DNA of 63,246 nt, counting the filler. It is 3 parts of 3 records of this genome, joined end to end, with 100 filler letters (N's around TTAATTAATTAA, not from the genome) between each part and the next. Parts side by side here need not be neighbours in the genome. Positions count along the whole stretch, not along the records: positions 31,588 to 57,829 come from SRR20825006_2875; positions 57,930 to 63,246 come from SRR20825006_2884; 1 more part is not named here. The stretch is one strand, 5' to 3'. Within the stretch, counting starts at the first letter, position 1. Every line of letters starts with the position of its first letter. Under the pieces are notes generated by a model. The model did not search any database. It saw nothing but the letters and a program-made list of their open reading frames with translations, and was not told where the DNA came from. Of this stretch, positions 49,743 to 59,370 are shown piece after piece. A program made the position numbers and the translations under genes.

Positions 49743-51056
49743 ATGAAATGGTGGTTTGGCATTGATCTCTGGAAACGGGTGATCGCAGGTCTGGTTCTGG
49801 GCGCACTCGTCGGCCTTGGCCTTCGCTATGGGCTCGGCCCGGAAGCCGCCAGCGACAATGTCTCCACCTGGGCCAAGCCTATTGGCGATGCCTTCATCAA
49901 CCTCATCAAGATGCTGGTTGTCCCGCTGATCTTCACCACGCTGCTGTCCGGCGTGCTGGCCATGGGTGATCCCAAAAAGCTCGGCAGCCTCGGCGGGCGC
50001 GCCCTGCTCATGTATATGGGCACCACGGTCATTGCCGTCAGTTTCGGCCTGCTCATGGGCACGTTGATCCAGCCCGGCGCAGGCTTTGACCTCTCGATTG
50101 CCTCAGCGGCTGACATTGCCGAGGCTAAAGCCCGGCTCGATGCAAACCCGCAACCGGGCAGCATCGGCGAACAGCTGATGAATACGCTGCTCTCCATCAT
50201 CCCGACCAATCCGGTCGCAGCCTTGACCAATGGCGACGTGCTGCAGATCATCTTCTTCGCCATCATGCTCGGCATCGGCATCCTGATGACGGGCGAAGCC
50301 GGCAAGCCACTCGCCAATGTCATCAACAGCGCGGCTGAAGCCGTCATGAAGCTGACGCTGATCGTCATGGAAACAGCACCATTCGGCGTCTTCGCCCTGA
50401 TGGCCTGGGTGCTTGGCGAGCGCGGCCTCGACATTCTTGTCTTCCTCGGCAAGCTGACGCTCACCCATTATCTCGCCTGTATCCTGCACATCTTGATCAC
50501 ATATGGCCTGATCATTCGGGGCGGCTTGCGCCTGCCCCTGATCCCCTTCTTCCGCGGCGCGGTCGACGCGCAGGCCGTCGCCTTCTCGACATCTTCCTCG
50601 AATGCCACACTGCCCATGACGATTTCCTGTGCGCGGGAAAACCTGGGCATTGGCAAGCCGGTCGCCTCTTCCGTCCTGCCGCTCGGCGCGACGATCAACA
50701 TGGACGGCACCGCGCTCTATCAGGGTGTGATTGCCCTGTTTGCGGCCCAGGCCATGGGCACGCCCATGACGGCCGGCATGTATCTCACCATCATCCTGAT
50801 GGCGACGCTCGTCTCGATCGGCACAGCCGGCATTCCCTCGGTCAGCCTGTTCCTCGCCGCCACTACGCTCAGCGTGATCGGGGCCACGCCGGAACAGATT
50901 GTCGTCGTGATTGCCGTCCTGTTCCCGTTCGACCGCATCCTCGACATGATGCGCACCGTCACCAATGTGACGGGCGATCTCACCGTTGCGACGGCGGTGG
51001 CGAAATGGGAGGGCGAACTGGACGAAGAAATCTTCCGCGCCCGCGACCCGGTATAG
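49743..51056 (+). CDS. Dicarboxylate/amino acid:cation symporter (DAACS)
   Basis: KMLVVPL, AFSTSSSNATLP, GATINMDGT, DRILDM.RT..NVTGD; AGGAG RBS. Confidence 0.93.
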   Translation: MKWWFGIDLWKRVIAGLVLGALVGLGLRYGLGPEAASDNVSTWAKPIGDAFINLIKMLVVPLIFTTLLSGVLAMGDPKKLGSLGGRALLMYMGTTVIAVSFGLLMGTLIQPGAGFDLSIASAADIAEAKARLDANPQPGSIGEQLMNTLLSIIPTNPVAALTNGDVLQIIFFAIMLGIGILMTGEAGKPLANVINSAAEAVMKLTLIVMETAPFGVFALMAWVLGERGLDILVFLGKLTLTHYLACILHILITYGLIIRGGLRLPLIPFFRGAVDAQAVAFSTSSSNATLPMTISCARENLGIGKPVASSVLPLGATINMDGTALYQGVIALFAAQAMGTPMTAGMYLTIILMATLVSIGTAGIPSVSLFLAATTLSVIGATPEQIVVVIAVLFPFDRILDMMRTVTNVTGDLTVATAVAKWEGELDEEIFRARDPV

Positions 51057-51159
51057 ACTGCGCTTTTCAACCCAGCTGACATTCCCACCCGTCCAGTCAT
51101 CTTGCGTTCAACAATCGATTGTTACGTATAACCCAAGTTAAATCTGAACGGAGACGGGA

Positions 51160-51801
51160 ATGGCTGGGATCAACCTTTTTGACATGCTGACACAAACGAA
51201 TAATGGCGCTGCCGTACAACAGGTAGGGCAGCAGACTGGCCTGCAGCCGGACATGGCGCAAGCGGCCATCAAGGCCCTGTTGCCAGCCATCGCCGGTGGT
51301 CTTCAGCGTAATGTTCAACAGCCCGGCGGGCTTCAATCCCTGCTCGGCGCGCTGCAGAACGGCCAGCATGAGCAATATCTCGACCAGCCGGAATCTCTGG
51401 CTCAACCGAACGCCATCGCCGATGGCAATGCCATTCTCGGCCATTTGCTCGGGTCGAAGGACACCAGCCGAGCGGTCGCCGCGCAGGCTGCCCAGAAAAC
51501 CGGCCTCAGCGAACAGGTCCTGAAATCCGTCCTGCCGATGGTTGCGTCCATGGCAATGGCCTCGCTTTCCAAGCAGACCAAGAAGCCTGACATGGCGGGC
51601 GCACTTGCCGGCATGTTGAGCGGCCAGCAGCCTCAACCTGCGCAAGGCGGTATCGGCGGATTGCTGGGCGGCCTTCTGGGAGGACAATCCAAGGCTCAGG
51701 CCCAGACCGGCGCGATGGGTATGCTCGGCGGCCTTCTCGATGCAGATGGCGACGGCAATGCCGTGGACGATATCTTCCAGATGGTGATGAACCGCCGCTA
51801 G
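51160..51801 (+). CDS. DUF937 family protein
   Basis: DGNAILGHLLG, LP.VA, Gly-rich region and C-terminal LDADGDG..DD. Confidence 0.82.
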   Translation: MAGINLFDMLTQTNNGAAVQQVGQQTGLQPDMAQAAIKALLPAIAGGLQRNVQQPGGLQSLLGALQNGQHEQYLDQPESLAQPNAIADGNAILGHLLGSKDTSRAVAAQAAQKTGLSEQVLKSVLPMVASMAMASLSKQTKKPDMAGALAGMLSGQQPQPAQGGIGGLLGGLLGGQSKAQAQTGAMGMLGGLLDADGDGNAVDDIFQMVMNRR

Positions 51802-51839
51802 GGCTTGGAACCGGATGATGTGTGAGGCATTCAAGCCTC

Positions 51840-52574
51840 ATGCATTTTTCCCGAACGCAATGGCTGTGCGCCAGTCTCAGCCTGCTTGTATTCGCCGGTC
51901 TCGCTTTGGGCGAGGCCGGCCTCTGGCCGCTTGAGGCGTTTGATCGTGCCATCACGGACGCAGTGCCCGCCCTTCGCACCGAAACACTGAACCTGCTGAT
52001 GCTCGCCGTCACGGCGCTCGGGAACACTCGCTTTCTTGTCTTCGTGGCCTTCACGACCGTGTTGGCCCTGCTGGCTGCAAAGGCGTGGCGCGAAGCCCTG
52101 CTCTTTGGCACGGCCTTCACACTGATGCCGCTCATCGTGAAATTTCTGAAGATGACGATCGCCCGTCCCCGACCCACAGTCGATCTCTATGGCGGCGTTG
52201 AATCCTTCAGCTTTCCGAGTGGGCATGCCACCAATTCAGCGCTCATCTATGGCGCATTGGCCCTGCTCGCGCTGGCCGTATTCCGCAAGCTTCCCGGCCG
52301 TCTACTCGCCTTGGCCTTTGGTGTGCTCGCCATCATGATCGCCGTCTCTCGAATCTATCTTGGTGCGCACTGGCCGAGCGACACGCTTGCCGGGCTGGCC
52401 CTCGCAAGCCTGATGCTGACATGCGTGTCGGCCATTCAGGACGAGCTGCGCCTGCCCGAAGCCGCACGTTTCGTGCCTGTTGTATTGATCCTGATCACCG
52501 CTGCCTTCCCGCTCTATCTCCTGATAGCGCTGCCTGAGGCGCGTGAACTCTATACAGCGCTGCACCCGGAATAG
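51840..52574 (+). CDS. PAP2 family phosphatase
   Basis: K.....RPRP, SFPSGH, SRIYLGAHWPSD. Confidence 0.9.
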   Translation: MHFSRTQWLCASLSLLVFAGLALGEAGLWPLEAFDRAITDAVPALRTETLNLLMLAVTALGNTRFLVFVAFTTVLALLAAKAWREALLFGTAFTLMPLIVKFLKMTIARPRPTVDLYGGVESFSFPSGHATNSALIYGALALLALAVFRKLPGRLLALAFGVLAIMIAVSRIYLGAHWPSDTLAGLALASLMLTCVSAIQDELRLPEAARFVPVVLILITAAFPLYLLIALPEARELYTALHPE

Positions 52575-52613
52575 GCCTCGCCCCGATCCGGCAATCACGC
52601 TAAGCGGGCGGGC

Positions 52614-53918
52614 ATGCTGACCCGCGGAAAAGTCATTTCCCTCGCCGTGCCGATCATTCTGGCGCAAGCCGCGACCGCCACGACGGGCGTCGTTGATACG
52701 GCCATCATGGGCCGGTTCGGGGACAAGGCAGATCTGGCTGCCGTCGCCATCGCGGCTGTGGCCTACAGTTTCATTTATTGGGGCTTCGGCTTTCTGCGCA
52801 TGTCAACCACAGGCCTGACGGCGCAGGCCAATGGCCAGCACGACACAGCCGAATCCCGCGCCATCCTCCTGCGCGCACTCATGCTGGGTGGCGCGATCGG
52901 AGTGGCGCTTTTCCTGCTCTCTCCTCTTCTGAAGATAGGCACGTTCGCGGCCTTCGAAGGGACTCAGACCGTCGAGTCCCTTGCCAAGGGCTATTTCAAT
53001 GCACGCATCTGGGGCGCGCCCGCATATCTGATGGGCCTCGCCGTCACCGGCTGGATGCTCGGCACTGGCAAGACCGGCCAGATGCTCGCCTTCCAGATCG
53101 TGATGAATGGCACCAATGCCGGGCTGGATGCCTGGTTCGTCGCAGGCCTCGATTGGGGGCCGACCGGGATTGGCGCAGGCACAGCCATCGCTGAATGGGT
53201 CGCGCTGATCTTCGGCCTTATCCTTGTCGCGCCTGCCTTCCGCGGCCATGCCCGCCTGCTGGACCGGGACAAGCTCACCGCGCTGTTTGCGGCCAATCGC
53301 GACATCATGATCCGCACATTGGCGCTGGTCTTCTGCTTTGCCTGGTTTGTCCGCTCCGGCACGCTGATCTCCACTGCGGTGACGGCCGGCAATGAAGTCT
53401 TGCTCCAGTTCATTACCGTCGCCGCCTTTGTATTGGACGGATTTGCCTTCGTGGCGGAGAAAGAAGCTGGCGAAGCCTATGGCGCGCGCGACGGCAAACG
53501 GCTTGCCCGGGCCATGCGCCTGACAACAGAGTTCGCGCTTGTCTCCGGCGCAGCGATCTCGCTGCTTTATCTTTTCGGCGGCGGCTGGGTGATCGAAACC
53601 TTCATTCGTGATCCGGAGGCGCGCGCCGCAACGCTGGCCTATCTTCCGTGGTGCGCCGCTGTCCCCCTGCTCGGCATCGCTGCGTGGCAGCTGGACGGGC
53701 TTTTCCTTGGCACGACCCAAGGCCGCGCCCTGCGGAATGCGGGAGTCATCTCAGCTGTGCTCTATCTCGGCGCCGACATGCTGCTGCGTCCGGCCTGGGG
53801 CAATACCGGTGTCTGGGCAGCTTTTCTGACAATGTATGTGTTTCGTGCGGCCGCCCTCGGCGCCTATGTGCCGCGCCTGTTCAGAGATCTTTCCCGACCG
53901 CATCAGCCAACGTCGTGA
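52614..53918 (+). CDS. MATE family efflux transporter (DinF-like)
   Basis: LAVPIIL, VDTA..G, FLRMSTTG, IRT; about 12 TMs. Confidence 0.9.
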   Translation: MLTRGKVISLAVPIILAQAATATTGVVDTAIMGRFGDKADLAAVAIAAVAYSFIYWGFGFLRMSTTGLTAQANGQHDTAESRAILLRALMLGGAIGVALFLLSPLLKIGTFAAFEGTQTVESLAKGYFNARIWGAPAYLMGLAVTGWMLGTGKTGQMLAFQIVMNGTNAGLDAWFVAGLDWGPTGIGAGTAIAEWVALIFGLILVAPAFRGHARLLDRDKLTALFAANRDIMIRTLALVFCFAWFVRSGTLISTAVTAGNEVLLQFITVAAFVLDGFAFVAEKEAGEAYGARDGKRLARAMRLTTEFALVSGAAISLLYLFGGGWVIETFIRDPEARAATLAYLPWCAAVPLLGIAAWQLDGLFLGTTQGRALRNAGVISAVLYLGADMLLRPAWGNTGVWAAFLTMYVFRAAALGAYVPRLFRDLSRPHQPTS

Positions 53919-54936
53919 AACCGTCCGCCTGCAACAGGCGGACAAGTTCGCGATTGATCTGTTCGGCCAGACCGGGCCCTTCATAGATCATCGCAGAATA
54001 AAGCTGGACCGCATGGGCCCCTGCCCGAATCTTGCGATAGGCATCGGCCCCGCTGGCTATGCCGCCTGCCCCGATCAGATCAAACTCACCCTTCAGTTCA
54101 CGCGCGAAACTTGCCAGCACGTCCGTGGAGGGATTCATGAGGGGCGCGCCAGATAGGCCCCCCGCCTCACCCTTGTCAGCACTCTTCAGGCTGTCCGGTC
54201 GCGCAATCGTCGTGTTGGAAACGATCAGGCCGGACAGCCATGCGCCCGGTCCGCGCACAACGCCGCAGATATCTGTAATGGCTTCCGGGTCGAGATCCGG
54301 CGCCACTTTCAGGAAGACCGGCTTGCCGGCGCGCGCAGCCGCGCCGCACGCCATCAGCAAAGCTTCGAGCGATGCCTTGTCCTGCAAGCCGCGCAGGCCC
54401 GGTGTGTTGGGCGAGGAAATATTGACCGTGATATAGTCCGCATGGGGCGCAACGGACTCGATACCGCGCACATAATCCGCGATGCGGTCATCACTCTCCT
54501 TGTTCGCCCCGACATTCGCGCCGAGTGGCACGGCACCGGAATACACTTTGAGGTTCGCGACGAAATTGTCGAGACCTTCATTGTTGAACCCCATCCGGTT
54601 GATGACGGCCTTGTCAGCGCTGAGGCGAAACAGGCGCGGCTTCGGATTTCCCGCTTGGGGCTTCGGCGTGACGGTCCCGCACTCTACAAAGCCGAAGCCA
54701 AATTTCGACATGGCGGTCGGCACGTTGCAATTCTTGTCGAATCCCGCGGCAAGACCCACCGGCCCGGACAGGACGAGTCCTGATTTCGGCAGCTTAACTG
54801 CGAGCGTCGGATGGGTTGCCGGCGGATTGACCGGCACGCCCAGGCGCTCCTTCAGAAGACGGATCGTTGTTGTGTGCGCCGCTTCCGGCGGCAACAGCTT
54901 GATTACGGCAACGCCAAGATCAGTCAGGCTCATCAT
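53881..54936 (-). CDS. pyrD: Quinone-dependent dihydroorotate dehydrogenase
   Basis: GLAAGFDKN, GNPKPRLFRL, INRMGFNN, NISSPNTPGLR, GGLSG. Confidence 0.96.
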   Translation of the reverse strand: MMSLTDLGVAVIKLLPPEAAHTTTIRLLKERLGVPVNPPATHPTLAVKLPKSGLVLSGPVGLAAGFDKNCNVPTAMSKFGFGFVECGTVTPKPQAGNPKPRLFRLSADKAVINRMGFNNEGLDNFVANLKVYSGAVPLGANVGANKESDDRIADYVRGIESVAPHADYITVNISSPNTPGLRGLQDKASLEALLMACGAAARAGKPVFLKVAPDLDPEAITDICGVVRGPGAWLSGLIVSNTTIARPDSLKSADKGEAGGLSGAPLMNPSTDVLASFARELKGEFDLIGAGGIASGADAYRKIRAGAHAVQLYSAMIYEGPGLAEQINRELVRLLQADGFTTLADAVGKDL

Positions 54937-55285
54937 TCAAATCCTCTGGCATGAGCGGGGCGCCATTCTCTGCACGCGCAAGCCGCCAAACCGCATCGGC
55001 CTTGGCAATCTGCAACCGCCCGTAGAGGTGCGGGAACAATTGCCCTCCCCGGCTCGTTTCCCATTTGAGTGGCGGCAAACGGTCCACGGGAAAGCGGACC
55101 AGCCGCACGTCCTTGAGACCCTTGAAATACTTGTCCGCCGTTTCGCCGACCTGCGCCGCCGTGGACAGATGCACATAACCATCGTCACGGTCCAGCGGCA
55201 CATTGGTCACCCCGGAGGCCTCGGCAGCACGCCATTGGTCGTCGGTCAGCAATTTGTAGACATGCGTATCATCCATACGCGCCAT
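54920..55285 (-). CDS. DUF952 domain protein
   Basis: YK, D..DGYVHLST..QV, LKWE.SRGG.LFPHLY; usual position upstream of pyrD. Confidence 0.88.
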   Translation of the reverse strand: MARMDDTHVYKLLTDDQWRAAEASGVTNVPLDRDDGYVHLSTAAQVGETADKYFKGLKDVRLVRFPVDRLPPLKWETSRGGQLFPHLYGRLQIAKADAVWRLARAENGAPLMPEDLNDEPD

Positions 55286-55351
55286 TCAACAGGCTTTGAC
55301 GCGCGGCGCAATATTGGGTCACTGTGACACTGGAATAAGGGGACAAATGAC

Positions 55352-55780
55352 ATGCCATCACGGATCAGCCAGGAAGAAGCAGAATCGCTGCACCTGCCCA
55401 ATGGGCGCACTGTCGCCGACGAGATCGCCGGCTTCGACCGGTTCTCGGATTTGATGGATACGCGCTTCAGGATTGCCGGCGTGCCGTTTGGGCTCGATTC
55501 CCTGCTCGGCATTATCCCCGTCGCAGGCGATGCCGTCACTGGCGCCGCTGGCCTTTATGCCCTCGGCACCGCGGCCCGGCTGAAACTGCCCATCACGGCG
55601 CACATACACATTATCTGGAATCTGGTCGTCGACGTAGTCCTCGGCTCTGTCCCACTGGCAGGCGACGTATTCGACTTCTTCTTCCGGTCACACCGCAAGA
55701 ATTTCCGCGTGGTGGAGAAACACCTGATCAAGCGCGCCAAGCGCCATCACAAGGACATGGCCAAACGCCTAGATGCTTGA
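55352..55780 (+). CDS. DUF4112 domain protein
   Basis: LMD..FRI, FGLD.LLG.IPVAGD, G.VPL.GD.FD. Confidence 0.85.
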   Translation: MPSRISQEEAESLHLPNGRTVADEIAGFDRFSDLMDTRFRIAGVPFGLDSLLGIIPVAGDAVTGAAGLYALGTAARLKLPITAHIHIIWNLVVDVVLGSVPLAGDVFDFFFRSHRKNFRVVEKHLIKRAKRHHKDMAKRLDA

Positions 55781-57574
55781 TTTGGACTCTTCACTCGCCC
55801 GCGAGATCAGCCACTCGCCCTTGCCCGACTCACATGCCGCGAACCGCCCGCGCTCCTTGCCCGGAATGACATAGGAAATATCCCGGCACGTCAGGGCAAC
55901 ACTGCGATCCACCTGCGCCGTCACCGAACGCTGCACAGCATTAAATTCGCTGACCGAATAATTCACCGTCTTCAGCACAGGCCGGCTCGCTTCGCGCATG
56001 GTCGTCTGCTCGACCGTGATCTCGATCTGGCCGCCTTGTGGCAACGCAATCGTGGAAACCGCGCCATCCTGCGCGGAGTTCACGATGGACAGGAATTCAG
56101 CCTGCAAGGTTTCGAGGGCCGCCGCGGATACGGGCGCATCAGCGGTGCGCTGCACCCGCTCGGCCATGAAGGCTTCGACCTTTTGAGAGGCTTGTTGAAC
56201 CGGTTGCGGACGGTCAAAGGCGCGAACATGCGCGCCATTGGGCTTGAGGGCGGGCGGCGCAGCACGCTCGACGGGTGTCTGCGCAACCAGGACAAGGGGC
56301 TTTGACGGTTTCAGCGAGGCCGTGGTTGGCATTGGGCCACTATAAGCTGCCCAGGTCGCCACGGGCTTGGCCTTGGGTGTGCGGACCAGCGGCTTGACCT
56401 GCGGCGTTGGCGCCACCGGCAAGCTGACCGCATTCGCCATCGACACATACTGAACCGGTGCGCGCAGCGCCTGCACTTCCGCAGCAGCCACCCGGCGCGC
56501 CTCGGCAAGACGGTCAGCTTCAATATTGGCGAGCCTCAGGGCTTCGGTCTCGGCATGCGCGATGCGGCGCGCTTCCAACTCGGCAAGGCGCGTCGCCTCG
56601 GCGCGGGCAGCTGCAGCTTGCTCTGCGTCCAGTTTGGCCTGGCGGATCGCTTCCATGCGCGCCACCCGTGCGGCTTCTTCCTCGGCAAGGCGGCGCTTCT
56701 CGGCAGTGGCATCTGCAAGCCGTGTCGCTTCGGCAAGACGCGCAAGGCGCTGTTCTTCGGCAAGCTGTTGCGCTTCCGCCTCGGCAATGGCCGCAGCCGC
56801 GCGGCGTTCTGCTTCAGCAGAGGCGGCCACAGCGGCAACGCGCTGGGCTTCACTATGCACTTCATTGCGTGCGGCAATGTCAGAGGCGATGGCCTTGTAG
56901 TCGAACCAGGGCTGGGCCGTGCCATCGGCGGGCGCGGAGGCGCTCGCCATCGCGAGTGCAGACGCCTGGCTGGACGTGATCCGCTGGCTGGTTGCCGCTT
57001 TCAGCGCGGCATGTGTTTCAGCAGCCGCGGCGGCATCCTCGTCGCCATCGGCCCCGTCAGCGCCGTTCAGCGCATTGTCAGCCGCCATGAAAGACAGGCC
57101 CGCAAAGCCGAGCACGGCAAGACCCGCAAACATGATCTGCGACAGCTTGGCCATGCGCGCGCCCATGCCGGACGCATCATCGCCGTCTCCGCCGCCGAGG
57201 GTCAGACCATTCGACAGCGTGATCGCAGGCAATGCGCCGCCCATGGACGACACGGCCCGCATCAATAACGGCGTGACACGCACCTGCGGCTCGGCAACCG
57301 CATTCACAGGCCGTTTCGGCTTGGCCGCCCGCATCGGCGCGGGGCGGTTACGGCCTGCGTCCAGTGTTGGATAATGAATGCCGGATGTGATGGCCAGCGT
57401 GGACTGGGTCCGCACCGCGCGGCGCGCTTCAAGCCGGTCGTGGAAAGAGGCCTCCGCCACACTCTGGCGCGGCGCATCGGCGCGCGTATCCGTGCAGTCC
57501 AGGACGGCACGGCGAAGGGCTTCGGGAAGTACGGAAACGGGCTCGCGCCGATCTGTCATGTGCGTCTCAAGCAT
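55769..57574 (-). CDS. Large membrane-anchored Ala/Glu coiled-coil protein (TolA-like stalk) with a C-terminal two-Cys domain
   Basis: Single TM (IMFAGLAVLGFAGLSFM), EA..RLAE repeats, Pro-rich linker, CR...AC....W terminus. Confidence 0.7.
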   Translation of the reverse strand: MLETHMTDRREPVSVLPEALRRAVLDCTDTRADAPRQSVAEASFHDRLEARRAVRTQSTLAITSGIHYPTLDAGRNRPAPMRAAKPKRPVNAVAEPQVRVTPLLMRAVSSMGGALPAITLSNGLTLGGGDGDDASGMGARMAKLSQIMFAGLAVLGFAGLSFMAADNALNGADGADGDEDAAAAAETHAALKAATSQRITSSQASALAMASASAPADGTAQPWFDYKAIASDIAARNEVHSEAQRVAAVAASAEAERRAAAAIAEAEAQQLAEEQRLARLAEATRLADATAEKRRLAEEEAARVARMEAIRQAKLDAEQAAAARAEATRLAELEARRIAHAETEALRLANIEADRLAEARRVAAAEVQALRAPVQYVSMANAVSLPVAPTPQVKPLVRTPKAKPVATWAAYSGPMPTTASLKPSKPLVLVAQTPVERAAPPALKPNGAHVRAFDRPQPVQQASQKVEAFMAERVQRTADAPVSAAALETLQAEFLSIVNSAQDGAVSTIALPQGGQIEITVEQTTMREASRPVLKTVNYSVSEFNAVQRSVTAQVDRSVALTCRDISYVIPGKERGRFAACESGKGEWLISRASEESKSSI

Positions 57575-57775
57575 GACCCTATCTAACCCCCAGCTGCCTA
57601 CCTTAACCTTAACGGCCCGACTATATCGCGTTAACCGGGATCAAACTATCCCTTCCGCCAAAGAGTCTTGTGAGACTCTCGTGAACGCCCGGTCCCCGCG
57701 CAACGCTTGTCAGCACGGGCTTTCCCTCCTATTGCATCCCCGCAATCAGCAGGTCCCCGAACAAGGTACAAATTC

Positions 57776-57829
57776 ATGTCCGTTTCCGCTCCGAAAAAAG
57801 TCGTGCTCGCCTATTCCGGCGGCCTCGAC
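57776..57829 (+). CDS. argG: Argininosuccinate synthase, first 18 codons (cut by the contig edge)
   Basis: Translates to MSVSAPKKVVLAYSGGLD; not present as such in the ORF track. Confidence 0.88.
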
Positions 57830-57929
57830 NNNNNNNNNNNNNNNNNNNNNNNNNNNNNNNNNNNNNNNNNNNNTTAATTAATTAANNNNNNNNNNNNNNN
57901 NNNNNNNNNNNNNNNNNNNNNNNNNNNNN
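57830..57929. other. Artificial contig-joining spacer
   Basis: 44 N + TTAATTAATTAA + 44 N. Confidence 0.98.
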
Positions 57930-57930
57930 T

Positions 57931-58611
57931 GAAGGCCGTCCGATCCGTCTGGTCGATACCGCCGGAATGCGCCGCAAGAAGAAGATTGATGATCGGGTTG
58001 AAAAGCTGTCTGTGACCGATACCTTGCGCGTGATCCGCTATGCGCAGGTGGTTGTCATTATGCTCGATGCGACCAATACGCTTGATAAACAGGACCTGAC
58101 GATTGCGCGTATGGTCCTGGAAGAAGGTCGTGCGCTTATCATTGCGGTGAACAAGTGGGACGCGGTCAAAGACAAATCCGGTGTGATGTCGGCTTTGCGC
58201 GACAAGCTTGATACGTCCTTTGCGCAGGCCAAGGGTATTCCGATCCTGACATTCTCGGCCCTTACCGGTCGCGGGACAGACACCTTGATGCCGACAGTCC
58301 TTGATATCTATGATATCTGGAGCCGCCGTATTCCGACCTCGCAGCTGAACCGCTGGCTTGAAGCCATTACCGAACGCCATCTGCCGCCGGTTATTTCCGG
58401 CCGTCGTATCCGTCTGCGGTATATGACCCAAGCGAAATCGCGTCCACCAAGCTTCTTTATCAACTGCTCCAAGGCCGCCGAGCTGCCCGAAAGCTATACG
58501 CGCTACCTGATTAATGGTCTGCGCGAGGATTTCGACATGCCGGGTGTTCCGATCCGCATTTATCTGCGTAGCAGTGACAACCCCTATGGCAACAAGAAGA
58601 AAAAACGATAG
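57931..58611 (+). CDS. der: Ribosome biogenesis GTPase Der, 3' part
   Basis: LVDTAGMRRK, EKLSV, AVNKWD, SALTG, Y.TQ...RPP.F, SY.RYL.N.LR..F. Confidence 0.95.
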   Translation, partial: EGRPIRLVDTAGMRRKKKIDDRVEKLSVTDTLRVIRYAQVVVIMLDATNTLDKQDLTIARMVLEEGRALIIAVNKWDAVKDKSGVMSALRDKLDTSFAQAKGIPILTFSALTGRGTDTLMPTVLDIYDIWSRRIPTSQLNRWLEAITERHLPPVISGRRIRLRYMTQAKSRPPSFFINCSKAAELPESYTRYLINGLREDFDMPGVPIRIYLRSSDNPYGNKKKKR

Positions 58612-58631
58612 GGCCTGAGTGCAGAAGCATC

Positions 58632-58659
58632 AACGGGGGCAGGAATGCCTCCGTTTTTA
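58632..58659 (+). terminator. Probable rho-independent terminator after der
   Basis: AACGGGGGCA-GGAA-TGCCTCCGTT followed by TTT. Confidence 0.65.
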
Positions 58660-59241
58660 TTTGGCAGGCTCTAAAAGACGGTCAATGAAATCGGCAGCAT
58701 TGTCTGACTGCCAGTCGACCAACCCGGTTACATAGCCAAGAATACGGCCATCACGATCAAGGGCATATGTGATCGGCAGACCATAAAGGGCAAACTCGGC
58801 ATTCTTTGGATTGTCACGGTTGCTATAAGCGGTTTCGCCGTTCGGATCGACGAAAAGATCAAGATTTTCAAGGCCCAAACGGCGGTAAAAGGGAATGGCC
58901 GCCAACAACCCGTCTTCATCTATCGAGACCGGAATGATGACAAGGTCATCATTGGAATGGTCATAGGCCAACTGATCAAGCGACGGCATTTCAGCCATAC
59001 AGGGCAGGCACCAGCTGGCCCAGAAATTTACCAGTACCACCTTGCCGCGATAGGTCGTGATACTGGTCTGCTGATTTCGCCGGTCATAAAATCGGGTGTT
59101 GCGCGCAATCCGTTTTGGATCAAGTTCGACAAACTGGCTGCTTTCGCCAATCAGCGACAGGGGGGACGTTTCAGTCCCCCCGATGGCAGGTGCCGTGATA
59201 GTAAATATTACAGAAACGATGAGGCAGCGCAAAAATCGCAT
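58657..59241 (-). CDS. TlpA-family thioredoxin-like disulfide reductase
   Basis: N-terminal signal/TM; GKVVLVNFWASWCLPC..EMPSL, GLP.T. Confidence 0.9.
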   Translation of the reverse strand: MRFLRCLIVSVIFTITAPAIGGTETSPLSLIGESSQFVELDPKRIARNTRFYDRRNQQTSITTYRGKVVLVNFWASWCLPCMAEMPSLDQLAYDHSNDDLVIIPVSIDEDGLLAAIPFYRRLGLENLDLFVDPNGETAYSNRDNPKNAEFALYGLPITYALDRDGRILGYVTGLVDWQSDNAADFIDRLLEPAK

Positions 59242-59370
59242 CGGGTATCCGTGGCATGATTAAACCGGATGTTCCGACTAACCGTTGATGTTGGCAAAGA
59301 CAAGACAGAGCCGATCAATCCGTTGTGATCAATACCGGGTGATCGGCCCTGTTGCAGGTATTTGTAATCC

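Noticed and set aside
57603..57635. Full CtrA box
   Set aside because: The TTAA motifs are not spaced as TTAA-N7-TTAA; half-sites at best
31588..57829. Many long overlapping or antisense ORFs (e.g. 32196-33140, 40138-41055, 52803-53720)
   Set aside because: Shadows of real genes in GC-rich DNA, with no recognisable motifs or RBS
59257..59277. Possible second der remnant (CCGGATGTTCCGA versus der 58540-58552 CCGGGTGTTCCGA)
   Set aside because: Only 12/13 nt plus a short TGATTAA match needing a large gap; too weak without computation
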